DNA of 64,000 nt from a virus. Positions within the stretch are counted from its first letter, which is position 1, and every line of letters starts with the position of its first letter. The position numbers and the translations under genes are program-made. The notes under the pieces are model-generated. The model saw only the letters and a program-made list of their open reading frames with translations, did no database searches and was not told where the DNA came from. Where the stretch lies: the IMG/VR virus record IMGVR_UViG_3300045125_000034, positions 32,001 through 96,000 of that record; one strand, given 5' to 3'. Positions 20,283 through 32,356 of the stretch are shown here, one piece after another.

Positions 20283-22839
20283 TTGAACTTCTACACCCAT
20301 GTAGCCGTCAAAGGCTCTAACATCCTCTTCCGTGGCTAATGAGAACGGTAAGAAGGTTTCCTACAAGGCAGACTTCGCACCGACTCTGTTTGTTCCCGCC
20401 AAGGGCAAGAAGACCGAGTGGGCTTACCCTTGATGGCAAGCCTGTAGAGCCATTCCAACCCGGCAGCATCCGCGACTGCAGCGAGTTCATCAAGGAGTAT
20501 CGTGGGGTGAGCGTGGTTTTGAGATATACGGTAACTCCGAGTGGGTCTATCAGTACATCGGCAAGCAGTACCTCAATGAAGTTGAGTACGATCCTTCGCT
20601 ACTTCGTGTTGGGTTCATAGAACATTGAGACCGAGAGTGAGGATGGATTCCCTAACATCAAAACTGCTACCGAGAGAGTCAATGCTATCACCCTGAAGGT
20701 CAAGGGCAAGACATTGGTGTTTGGCTTGGGTAAGTTTGCCCTGCCCGATTCCAAGTGCTTCCAGTACGATGACGAAGCCAAGATGTTGCAGGAGTTCCTT
20801 GCAGCATGGGAGGCTTTAGACATAGACATCATTACGGGATGGAACATCAACTTCTTTGACATCCCATACCTTGTCAACCGCATCACACGACTGTTCGGTG
20901 AGAAAGAAGCCATGCGTCTTTCCCCGTGGAGAGACATTCGCTCCCGAACAGTAGTTGTGATGAACAAGGAGAACGAGGTCTATGACTTGTTGGGGATAGC
21001 AACCCTTGACTACTTTGACCTGTACCGCAAGTTCACATATGTGAATCAGGAGTCCTATGCCCTGAACCACATTGCTTGGGTGGAGTTGGGGGAGCGTAAG
21101 AAGCACTACGAAGGAACCCTGTCTGAATTCTACAAGAGAGACTTTCAGAAGTTCATTGAGTACAATCAGCACGATGTTGCTCTCGTAGAGATGCTTGAGA
21201 ACAAGTTGAAGTTGCTTGAACTATCGTTGGCTCTAGCCTACTCCGCTAAGGTGAACCTCAACGATGTCTTCTCGCAGGTGCGTACATGGGATGCCATCGA
21301 TTATCACCACCTGACCAAGAAGAAGATCGCTATACCCATGAAGCGTGGGGATGCTGAGAAGGAAGACAAGTTTAGAGGGAGCCTATGTGAAGGAGCCTCT
21401 TGTGGGCAGTCACGATTGGGTAGTCTCGTTTGACTTGGACTCGCTGTACCCGCACCTCATCATGCAGTACAACCTCAGCCCCGATACCAAGGTGGTTGAC
21501 CGACAGGGTAGAGCCTCTAGCCTACACGGTAGAGGACTTCCTCACGCAGAGACACGCGGGTGCGGACACGCCCACGCGGGCGGTACATGGAGAGATGTTT
21601 GACAAGGGTTACTGTCGTTGCTGCTAACTGCGTCTGCTTCACCAAGAGCAAGCAGGGCTTCCTGCCCGAACTCATGGAGACCATGTATGAGGAACGCAAG
21701 GCTTTCAAGAACAAGATGCTTGAAGCCAAAGCGACACTAAAGAAGTTAGGGGAAGATGCTCCTGCCGATAAGGTCAAGCAGTTGAAACTTGACATTACTC
21801 AAGTACCACAACTTTCAGTTGGTGCGTAAGATTCAGTTGAACTCTGCGTTCGGTGCTTGTGGCAACCAATACTTCCGCTACTACGATCCGCAGATAGCCG
21901 AAGCCATCACCTATTCGGGTCAGTTGTCCATCCGTTGGATTGAGAACGCTCTGAACAAGTTCTTGAACAAGACTCTCAAGACCAACAGGATAGACTACAT
22001 CATCGCAAGCGACACGGACTCTGTATACATCCGTCTTGGTAACTTGGTCAAGCAGATCATGCCCAATGAGACTGACCTGCAGAAGATCACCAAGTTCCTG
22101 AACCGCTTCTGTAACGAAGTCTTGCAGCCACTCATCAACAAGGAGTTTGTCCAACTCGCAGAACAGCAGCAGGCTTACTCGCAGAAGATGAACATGAAGC
22201 GAGAGGGTATCTGCTAGTCGTGGCATATGGACGGGCAAGAAGCACTACATCCTTGCCATATGGATGGGCGAGGACAATGTGCTGTTGCAGAAGCCTGAGA
22301 TCAAGATGATGGGTATTGAGACTGCCAAGAGCAGCACCCCGTTCATCGTGCGTGAGGCTCTGAAGAAGGCTATCGGTATCATCATCAACGGAAATAGGGA
22401 GGAGTTGGTCTCGTTCGTTGGTTCCTTCAAGGAAACCTTTAACGGTAGCCCCGTGGAGGAGATAGCGTTCCCGCGTGGGTGCAACAACCTCAAAGAGTAC
22501 AAAGACCCAACGATGATCTACAAGAAGTCTACCCCAATCGCCGTGAAGGGTGCGTTGATTTATAACCATTGGCTACGCGAGAGGAACCTGACCAAGAAGT
22601 ACCCTCTGATAGGTGACGGAGAGAAGGTCAAGTTCATCTATCTGCGAATGCCCAATCCCGTGAAGGACAAGGTTATTTCGTTTAGCGGCAAGATTCCGAA
22701 GGAGTTTGGGCTGGAGGCGAAATACATAGATTATGAGGCTCAGTTTGATAAGTCCTTCGTAGTCCCCCTTACTACTATCACTAACTTGATCGGATGGAAC
22801 ATCTTTGAAATGAGTACCTTGGAGGATCTATTGTCATGA
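20283..22839 (+). CDS. gp43: Family B DNA polymerase (frameshifted)
   Basis: NFYTHV, DIETE, ITGWNINFFDIPYL, SFDLDSLYPH, KIQLNSAFG, ASDTDS, KMMGIETAKSSTP. Confidence 0.97.
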
Positions 22840-23015
22840 TTATGCAAATGCTTGGATTGGTGATTGGCGTATGTGCAGGTTACCTTTTGGGTCTGTTTGT
22901 CTACGAGCAGATGCAACCTCATAGCAGAGAAGCGTCGTAGGCGTAAGATCCGAGAAGAACTTGACCGTCTGTTCAATGACCGATAAACTACACTATTCTA
23001 AATGGAGTATACACA

Positions 23016-24082
23016 ATGAGCGACTTTCTAAAGAGCATGATTCGTGCTTCGGGTAACGAGTGGGCAACCATAGCAGAGGATGGAGTTGATGGTGATGTTG
23101 CGGGCTTTGTAGACACAGGCTCGTACATCTTCAACGCTCTCCTGTCGGGTTCACTCACAGGCGGTATCGCAAGCAACAAGATCCTTGGTATCGCAGGCGA
23201 GAGTGCTACGGGCAAGACCTACTTTGCCCTTGGTATCGCCGCACAGTTCTTGAAGGACAATCCCGATGGAGCGATCCTCTACTTTGACAGCGAGCAGGCT
23301 GTTACGAGTGAGATGATCTCAGGCAGAGTGTCTTGACCCCGCTCGCGTAGCCGTATTCCCTGTGGCTACTGTGGAGCAGTTCCGTCATCAGTTGCTACAG
23401 ATCATAGACAACTACGGCAAGTTGGACGAGAAGAAGCGTAAGCCCTTCTTTGTGGTGTTGGACCTCGCTAGGCATGTTGAGCACTAGCAAGGAAACCAAC
23501 GACACACTTGAAGGCAAGGAAGTCAGGGACATGACTCGCTCGCAGGTTATCAAGGGAACCTTCCGAGTCCTGACCATGAAGTTGGGTCTGCACAAGATCC
23601 CGATGGTTGTGACGAACCACACCTACGATGTCGTTGGTGCGTATGTTCCGACCAAGGAGATGGGTGGTGGTAGCGGTCTGAAGTATGCTGCGTCTACCAT
23701 CGTTTACCTGTCCAAGAAGAAGCATAAGGTAGATGACGAGGTTGTGGGTAACATCATTCATTGCAAGTTGTATAAGGCTCGCTTCACCCGCGAGAACAAG
23801 ATGGTTGATGTGCTACTTACCTTTGACAAGGGGCTAGATAGATACTATGGTCTAGTTGACCTTGCTCTCTCGCAGGTAGTGTTCAAGAAGGTTTCCACCA
23901 AGATTGAACTACCCGATGGGACTACCGCCTTTGAGAGTCAGATCAACAAGAACCCCACCAAGTTCTTCACTGAGCAGGTCATGAAGTCCCTTGAGGCAGC
24001 AGCCGCGAAGGAGTTCAAGTACGGTAGCGACAGCGAAAGTGAAGTAGAAACAGAAAAGGAATTGGAGACAGCAGATGAGTAA
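23016..24082 (+). CDS. uvsX: RecA-like recombinase
   Basis: [45 protein letters not shown]. Confidence 0.95.
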
Positions 24083-24755
24083 GTTTTTGAGCATAGTAGT
24101 TCCGTATAGAAACAGGCAAGAACATCTTGCGGTGTTTGCTCCGCATATGGAAAAGTTCCTTTACGACTTGGGTATAGAAAACTTCAAAATACTTATTGTT
24201 GAACAGGATGATCCACTCGTGAGGTCAAGCATTCAACAGAGCAAAACTTTTGAATGTTGGATTTGATTTGAGTAAGGACTATGACTATTTTTGTTTCCAC
24301 GATGTCGATATGATACCTACCGAAGCAGACTACAGTTGGGTGGATGAACCTACTCACATGGCAACAGAGTGTTCACAATTTGGATATCAGTTGCCATATG
24401 GTGGTTACTTTGGTGGGGTCACTCTATTCAATAAGCAAGACTTTTTGGATGTAAATGGTTACAGTAACGACTACTGGGGTTGGGGAGCAGAGGACGATGA
24501 TATGATGCTTCGTTGCTATTCTAAAAACAAATTGCACCCTCCTGCACATACCAAGAAGGCGTGGAAGATATGAATCTCTAAGCCATCAGAGAAGAATAAT
24601 ATTGAATGAGTATAAGGGGAACATACAAAAACTACAGACACTAAATCCAGATAATGTCTGTTTAGAGGGGTCTGAACACCCTTCATATGAGACCCTTGAT
24701 ATCAATCCGTATCCCAATACACAGCATACAACAATAGTAAAGGTGTCTATATGAG
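24075..24755 (+). CDS. GT7 beta-1,4-galactosyltransferase-like protein
   Basis: [48 protein letters not shown]. Confidence 0.9.
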
Positions 24756-25549
24756 TAAAGGTCTAATACTTGGGTCTTCAAAGGGTCTTTCTCTAGACCA
24801 ACTATATCCTTGGGCATCTTCTGCTTCAGAAACAGGGAATAGAGTTGTGTTACTTAACATGGATGGAGAGAGTAACAAAATGCTATCCCTTCAGTTAAAG
24901 GGGATTGGGATTGAAGTCAGGGATGTTGTTTCCGACAACACACTATCTCCGCATAATGCTAGATTTGTGGCTCAACACGAATACTTAAGCCGGGCGCGAC
25001 GAGGAATATTGTGTAATCACAGATGTTAGAGATGTTTTGTTTCAGGAGTGATCCAATAGAATGGATCACCAATAACATAGAAAATTATGATGTTGTATGT
25101 GCTAGTGAGGGTCTTCTTTATAAGGACGAACCTTGGGGTAGAGGTAATTTGATAGAGGGGTATCCCGATTTGTATGAGAGCCATAAAGACAACCCAATCA
25201 TGAATGTTGGTGTTATTGGGGAAATGCAGAGGAAGTTGCAAAGGTTTGTCTTAGAATATTTGAAATGTGCAAGGCAAACAAAGCATACTTAGCAGATCAA
25301 TCGTCTTTTAATGTTATCTGTGCTGACAGCACTATGCAGAACAAAATAAAGAAGACAACATCAAGAGATCCTTTTGCCTTGCATTGTAGTTGCTTGATTA
25401 GAAACTGCCGAGGTAGTAGTTTTGTCTTGAATGAGTCTACGGTTCATCTGTTAAAAGATCCCGAACCAATAAACGAAAAAGGAGTTCTAAAAACTCCGAG
25501 TGGTATCCCTTATTCTATAGTGCATCAATGGGATAGGATGCCGTCATGA
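24751..25549 (+). CDS. Putative glycosyltransferase-like protein
   Basis: TDVRDV.F..DP, EPWG, NVGVIG, DQSSFN, IVHQWDR. Confidence 0.6.
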
Positions 25550-26349
25550 AAACTGTTTGCAGAAGATATCCCGATTGGTTAAATTTTGAATTGGATTTCC
25601 CTACAGAGATTCATTTACAATACCCAGAATTTCCATTTGACCCCAAAGATGGGGTATACCGAGTGTATTGTGATTCCTTTGAGCCATCGACTTCTTGTGC
25701 AAATCCAAAACAAATAAGTAAGATATTGCTCCTGTATGACCTCATTCTTACGAAAAATGAAAACATAGTTTCGGAATATCCAAACGCTAAGTTGTTCTTC
25801 TTTGGTAATTCTATGATGTATCCTGATGTTCCCGGCAGGAAAGAATTCTCCGTGTCTTTCTTGACAACAAAACCCAATTGGCATTTGCCGGGCTATGATT
25901 TGAGGTATGAACTGTGGGGCAAACAAGACGAGATACTTATCCCCAAGGTATTCTATAGTTCAAGAAGAATGCCAATAGATTCTTCTCGTATACTTCCGGG
26001 AGATGGCGGGGACAAGGATAAGATGTTGATGTTTGAATCAATGTTTCACATAGCAATAGAAAATACCAATGAGAAGAACTACTTCACAGAGAAGATAAAC
26101 GATTGTTTTTGGACGGAAACAGTACCCTTGTATTGGGGCAACAAAGATACAATCAACAGTAAATTTGACTCTCGGGGGTAATACACTTCCAATCAATACC
26201 AGAACTGATAGAGTTATGCAATTCTCTAACGCCCGACGATTACACTTCTAGGCTTGAGAGTATAAAGAACAACAAAGAACTATCTAAAGAATACTCAAGG
26301 CATATGAACGAACGCATCCGTGATGAAATTTTAATGAGAAGAAGATGAA
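25546..26349 (+). CDS. GT10 (alpha-1,3-fucosyltransferase-like) glycosyltransferase
   Basis: MFHIAIENTNEKNYFTEKINDCFWTETVPLYWG. Confidence 0.85.
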
Positions 26350-27080
26350 GTGGTGTTTTGGAATAGTGTTCAATGGTATTGACTATTTGAGCAGACAAAT
26401 AGTCTCAATCAAGAACCAAGAGGGTATCTGTACAAACGACTATCAGATAATTTTAGTAGGGTCCAAGCACAGACGAATCTTCAAGATTGATTTCTTCGTT
26501 TCGGTCTGAAGGAATAGATATCTCTCTTATACCGTTTCAAGACACATCCGAAATGGGCTGGATAACTAAGAAGAAGAATCTTGTGGCTTACATGTCCAAG
26601 TACGAGAACTTAGTTATAACACACGACTATGTTGGTTTCTGCCGTGGGTGGTATAGAAATTTTGTTGAGTTTGGTGAGGATTGGGAGGTGTGCATGAACT
26701 CAATAAGAAGAGATGATGGTAGAAGGTTTAGGGATTGGATTACCTTTAAGGAATGGTGGGGTTGGCCTCTATTTCTTCCTTATGAAGTTACGGATCAAAC
26801 ATCCAAAATGTATGTTAGCGGAACTTATTGGTGCGCGAAGAAACACTACATGGTCAAAAACCCATTAAACGAAAAATCTAAGATGGGGGCAGGGTGAAGA
26901 CCTAGAGTGGTCTCATAGATGCAGGCACACTTGGAACTATAAGATAAACAAGAACTCTGTAGTTAAGTTGATGAAAGAGAAATTATGGAAGGGACAGCCC
27001 GACTATAGCCCGCACCCAGATACTGATCCTAATGTTGATGAAATTCTTACATCGTCAGAGGTTCAACCATGAAGGTTATA
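26345..27080 (+). CDS. GT2-like glycosyltransferase
   Basis: GWITKKKNL..YENLVITHDY..GRRFRDW..YVSGTYWCAKK..PLNE..GQGEDLEWS. Confidence 0.7.
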
Positions 27081-27517
27081 GCACACAGAGGAAATGTGTT
27101 TGGTCCGATACCTCTAAGGAAAACAATCCAAAGTATATTGAAGCAGCATTAGATCTTGGGTTTGATGTTGAGATTGATGTTTGGTTTGACGAGAGTGATT
27201 CGTGCGCGGGGTATTATCTCGGTCACGATCATCCCTTGTATAAAATTGATGCCTCTTGGTTGATGCGTGATGGAGTTTGGTGTCATGCCAAAAACCAGAA
27301 GGCACTAGAAAGAATGTTTTGTGACAAAATCCCCAACTATTTTTGGCATCAGGAAGATAGATTCACCATAACTAGTAGAGGTGATATATGGTGTTACCCA
27401 AACAATCCTAGTCGGTCGGGGATATTAGTCGATGTAGGTAGACCCAAACGAGGTCTTGATATTCGTGGAGTGTGTACAGACTACGCAAATGAATGGAAAA
27501 TGGAGTATAGAACATGA
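27069..27517 (+). CDS. Short glycerophosphodiester phosphodiesterase-like (PLC-like) protein
   Basis: MKVIAHRGN..ENNP.YIEAAL..GFDVEIDVW..LGHD..WCHAKN..FWHQED..GVCTDY. Confidence 0.8.
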
Positions 27518-28481
27518 AAACACTAGACATTTTTTACCTCACCTTTTCTAGACCAAACTTTCTTATTGCTCATGCTAGGGAAATAGCAGCAGCAATAAAG
27601 AAGAAGCCGGTGGTGAATTCAGTTGTATTTTTGGGCAATCCCAGCAGAATTCCTCAAGAAATTAAAGATCAACTCAAGGCAATTCTTGGTTCTAAACTCG
27701 TTATAGAAGATCACTACAAGAATCGAAGAGTACATGGCTAAACTTGATCGTATAGCCAGTTCTAAATCAGACTATACGATGAAGATTGACGAGGATTGCT
27801 ACATGACCTCCGAATCTTGGGTTAAGATGTTTGATTTGATGGACGAGATACAAGACAACGATTTGTTTGGTACTGGTTGTATAACAAACGGTATACCAAC
27901 ATGTGATCTTTTTCTTCAGAACCACGCACCAAAAGTAAAAGATCGAATCGAAACTGACTATTTCTGCAAGGCTCAGTTTTACCCCCATAAATGGAGCAGA
28001 TTATAGGGTGCTAAACCATCCATCATTGAAGATGAAATGGAATCCCGATCTTTTCTGGCATCTATTGTCTACAGTAAATCACCCCTATCAGGGGATTCAC
28101 CCCATGCGTCTTATGGGGGACGCAAACATAGTTCTAAACGATCACATAGTCAACAACTTTGATGAAACTATGCTTCCTAAAGACCTTCCTGTTATACACG
28201 AAAAGGACAAGTACCCCCATTACTGTCCCCAAGTTCTTTTGATGAAACCAGAAAATCTAAAGAAAGTCTTGTCTTCCAAAGAACTTTTTTATGACATGTA
28301 CGACGAAGTACCGCTGAACTTGTATAGAGAAAAACACGGAATGGCAATGGCTATAGGTGTAGGAATTCCAATACTTCATACTATGTTTAACTGGTCTCAG
28401 CAGTATGAATATGAAAGAACTCTTATAGATCGTTTGTGCAAGATATCTGAAGACCGCCATCAAAAAGAAGTATTCGTATGA
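27514..28481 (+). CDS. Putative GT-A glycosyltransferase (frameshifted)
   Basis: IFYLTFSRP, YTMKIDEDCY (DxD), NGIPTCD, YDEVPLN. Confidence 0.55.
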
Positions 28482-29199
28482 CCCCGATGAAGTTCAGGTA
28501 GTTATACCTCTTGCGGGGGAAGGCAAAAGATTTAGAGACAGGTATTCTTGCCCAAAGCCTCTCATAGACATAAGAGGCGAAAAGATGATATCTTTAGCCT
28601 TTAGAACTTTAGATATTCCTCACAGCAAAGCAGTATTCATAATACGATCAGATCACGATTACGATGGTATGTTATCAAAAACCATAGAGGAATTTTGTCC
28701 GAAAAGTTCTATAGTAGTTGTTGATAAATTGACAGAAGGTCCGTGCTGTACCGCTTTGTTGGCAAAACCACATTTAGAATCAGATAAACCTCTCGTTGTA
28801 GCGAATTGCGATCAGGTTATGAGATGGAGTGGTTCTAGGTTTATAAGATATTGTATAAGAGAAAACTATGATGGGGTTGTAGTAACCTATCATGAAGCCA
28901 CACCGAAAAATAGTTACGCTCGTTTAAACAAAAATGGGGATGTTGTTGAAGTAAGAGAGAAGAATCAGATAAGTTGTGTATCTTTGAACGGCATACACTA
29001 TTGGAAGAGAGCAGATTATTTCTTCGAATCTTCCGAAAAGATGATGAAAGCAGATGATAGGACTAACAATGAGTTTTACATTGCTCCCTCTTACAATTAC
29101 ATGATTGCTGATGGGCATACCGTTGGTATCTACCACATTCCCAATGAACAGCATTATGCTATCGGTACTACTCAAGATTTGGAGACCTACATAGGATAG
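28478..29199 (+). CDS. Sugar-phosphate nucleotidyltransferase
   Basis: VIPLAGEGKRF..PKPLIDI, TEGP, VANCDQ, EK..IS, NNEFYIAPSYN, IGT. Confidence 0.88.
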
Positions 29200-29220
29200 G
29201 ACACAGAACGAGGTTCCGTG

Positions 29221-29548
29221 ATGATAGTTGATATGATTCAGAACTATGTCTCGTGGGTGGTTTGTTGGAGACTTCGAACCTAGTATTCACAAAACTGATA
29301 AATTTGAAGTAGGCGTTCTTACCCACAAGAAGGGCGAGAAGTGGGCTGCTCATTACCATAAAGAAGCAAGAGAGATAAACCTTCTACTTGAGGGTAAGAT
29401 GTTGATGCATGGAGTGGAGTTGCAAGAAGGATCCATTTTTGTTCTTGAGCCTTGGGAAGTAGCAGATCCAATATTTCTTGAAGACTGCAAAGTTCTAGTA
29501 ATCAAAACCCCGTCTATAAAAGGAGACAAATATGAAGTTGTTTGTTGA
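29221..29548 (+). CDS. Cupin-fold protein
   Basis: GWFVGDFEPS..HYHKEAREINLLLEG..G.IFVLEP.EV..VIKTPS. Confidence 0.75.
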
Positions 29549-30789
29549 TGAAAACAGCATTGATCGTGAGAAGTATTTTGTTGTTACCTATATGGTCGAG
29601 TCTGATAAAAGTCTTAGAGATGCTGCTTGGAATATTGCCATAGGTCAAAGTGTCGGAAACCCAAATGTTAGGGGAACAGGTGGGAGACCGGAAGACCTGT
29701 TTAAAAATCATTCGTGTCTCATCCTCGGGGACGAAGGGGAACTTAGTGTCCAAAAAATAGGAAAGGTCAAGATTGCTTTCCCCGTAATCAATACAGATTG
29801 GGAAACAGACGGAATTAGCCATTTCATGTGCCAAGTCATGGGTGGGCATGTGGACATTGATTTGGTTAAGAGATGTCGTGCTATTGATATAGATTTCCTG
29901 CATAGTGTTACAAAGCACTTCAAAGGTCCACGGTTTGGAATAACGGGAATGCGTGAATTTACAGGGCAATACGATAAGCCACTTTTGGTGCTATCATAAA
30001 GCCTAAGATTGGAATAAGCCCAGAGACACTATTGGATATGGTTAAGGAACTAGTAGAAGGTGGGGTTGACTTCTATAAAAGAAGATGAAATCATGTCCAA
30101 CCCATCATTCTGCCCGCTAGACACTCGGGTGGGTATGATCTCCAATTACTTGGCATCACAATCAAGAAATGTGGTATTTTGCCACACCATAAACTGCGAT
30201 CCGCATGTTCTAGAAAGTAGAGTTAGTCGCATACATTCTCTTGGCGGTAATGGAGTACACATCAATGTATGGAGTGGGTATGGTTCATACAACAGCATAC
30301 GAAAGATGGATCTGCCGATATACATTCATTTCCAGAGTAGTGGAGCAAAAGTCACAACCAACATTACAAATCAGTTCAGTATTAGTTGGCCTGTCATCTG
30401 CAAATTGGCAACAATGATGGGAGTCGATACCATTCAGACGGGAATGGTTGGTGGATACAGCAACGATAATCCCGAAGAAATTCTAGAGTGTGTTCGTATT
30501 TTACAACAGGGGAATACTGTCCCTGTCCTGAGTTGCGGATTGCATCCGGGTCTTGTTGATAAGATAACCTCACTAGTAGGTAACGACTATTTGGGCAATG
30601 CTGGCGGTTCAATTCACGGACACCCAAATGGAACACTATCGGGTGCTAGAGCAATGCGTCAGGTCCATAGACAAAACTTATGGGGTCGAGTACAATGAGG
30701 CAATAGCCAAATGGGGTAAGGTTCAGCCCGAATTCAACATAAAGCAGTTGTATGAAACTGTAGAGTACCAACTAAATTCTAAGGAGTAA
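29532..30789 (+). CDS. RuBisCO-like protein (form IV RLP; frameshifted)
   Basis: AIGQSVG, IAFP, GPRFGITGMR, GAIIKPKIG, GGVDF(I)KEDE, LSCGLHPG, AGGSIHGHPNG..GARAMRQ. Confidence 0.9.
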
Positions 30790-30796
30790 ATGTAAT

Positions 30797-31403
30797 ATGC
30801 AATGGCAAACAGATCTAATAGCAGACATTCGGTTTAATGATCCTAACATAGATGATAGAGATGATGTAACCGGCTTGTTTCTGGCTATGGGTAGACATTT
30901 CGAATTTACGAATGACAACCATACAGCATTACAGAAGGCAATAAGTGCCTGTAGAACTCCCCCAAAAACTTTTTGAAATTGGTGTGTGCAGAAATGCATC
31001 ACAGTCATCTACACATACTATAATAAAAAATGTTCCATCGGACGGGGTTTATCTCGGTGTGGATCTTGATGACAAGACATTTTTAAACGACGCATCAAAG
31101 GGTATACACACCATAAAAACATCATCTTCAAACTACGATGAGGTTGTTAATAGATTAACTAGTCTTGGTGTTAAGACTTTGGATTTCATATTCATTGATG
31201 GTTGGCACAGTATAAATCAGGTTCTTAAAGATTGGGAGTATACAAAACTATTGTCTGACGGTGGTGTTGTTGGGTTCCATGATACTCGACTGCATCCGGG
31301 TCCGCACTATTTTATAAACAATCTGAATAGAGATAAGTGGGAAGTACACTCCAATCTTTGCCCCAATGATTGGGGTTTGGGATATTGTAGAAGAAAGGAT
31401 TGA
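30797..31403 (+). CDS. Class I SAM-dependent methyltransferase (Methyltransf_24-like)
   Basis: FEIGV, GVD, LDFIFIDGWHS, LLSDGGVVGFHD. Confidence 0.8.
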
Positions 31404-32342
31404 TAACTTGAGAAAACTGCATTAGTCACAGGAGCGTCGGGTTTCATCGGCTCAAACTTGGTTGACCATCTTGTTGGTTTGGGGTGGGATGTTGTTGGTA
31501 TAGACAATGAATCTAGCCTAGCCCACGACAAGTTCCACTACAACTCAAAGGCATCATATGTACCAAAGGATGAAGCAGACATCTCTACAGAGAAGCCTTG
31601 GAAGGCATTAGCCAACCATAAGTTTGACTATGTGTTTCATATGGGTGCAGAGTGTCGTATTCAGCAATGCATAGAGAATCCTGCCCTATGCATATCAACT
31701 AATGTTTTAGGTACAGTAAAGACTCTTGAATACGCCGCGAAGATAGGAGCAAAGAGACTTGTGTTCTCGTCCACCTCCTCCATATACTCAGGCTGTGACT
31801 ATGCAGCAGATGAGAACGAAGAGCCGATCTGCATCAATCCCTACGCTTCCACTAAACTTTCGGGAGAGGTCTTCTGCAAGCAGTACAGTATGACTACTGA
31901 GTTGGATACGGTTGTGCTTCGTTACTTCAATGTGTACGGCGAGAGACAGCCAATCCGTGGTTCGTATGCTCCTGTAATCGGTGTGTTTCAACGACAACTA
32001 GCAGAGAGAAGACAGCATTTACAATAGTTGGAGATGGTGAACAGCGTAGAGACTTCTGTAAATGTAAAGGATGTTTGCAGAGCCAATGTTATTGCTGCAA
32101 CAAACGAGGAATACACCCAAAGATACAACGCCGAGGTATTCAATATCGGAACAGGAGTAAACTACTCCGTAAATCAGGTAGCCGATATGGTCTCCCCCAC
32201 CCACAATAGAATAAATCTACCCGCCCGAGATGGCGAGGCTAGAATAACCTTATGTGATTGGGAGAAGGCACAAAATTGGTTGGGGTGGTCCCCACAAATA
32301 CAACTTTCTGATTGGTTATCGGTTGACAAGGCGGCAGTTTAG
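31400..32342 (+). CDS. NAD-dependent nucleotide-sugar epimerase/dehydratase
   Basis: ALVTGASGFIGS, SSTSSIY, YASTK, LRYFNVYG, NIGTG. Confidence 0.92.
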
Positions 32343-32350
32343 GCTATAAT
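32323..32350 (+). promoter_or_regulatory. sigma70-type promoter
   Basis: TTGACA-N16-TATAAT directly before gp41. Confidence 0.8.
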
Positions 32351-32356
32351 AGCCGA

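Noticed and set aside
20283-23460. Stop-codon reassignment (apparent in-frame TAG/TGA in gp43 and uvsX)
   Set aside because: Each apparent stop coincides with a frame change, genes end in all three stop codons, and no suppressor tRNA was found.
29532-30789. True carbon-fixing RuBisCO
   Set aside because: Several carboxylase residues (H294, H327, K334 equivalents) appear substituted, and there is no small subunit or phosphoribulokinase nearby.
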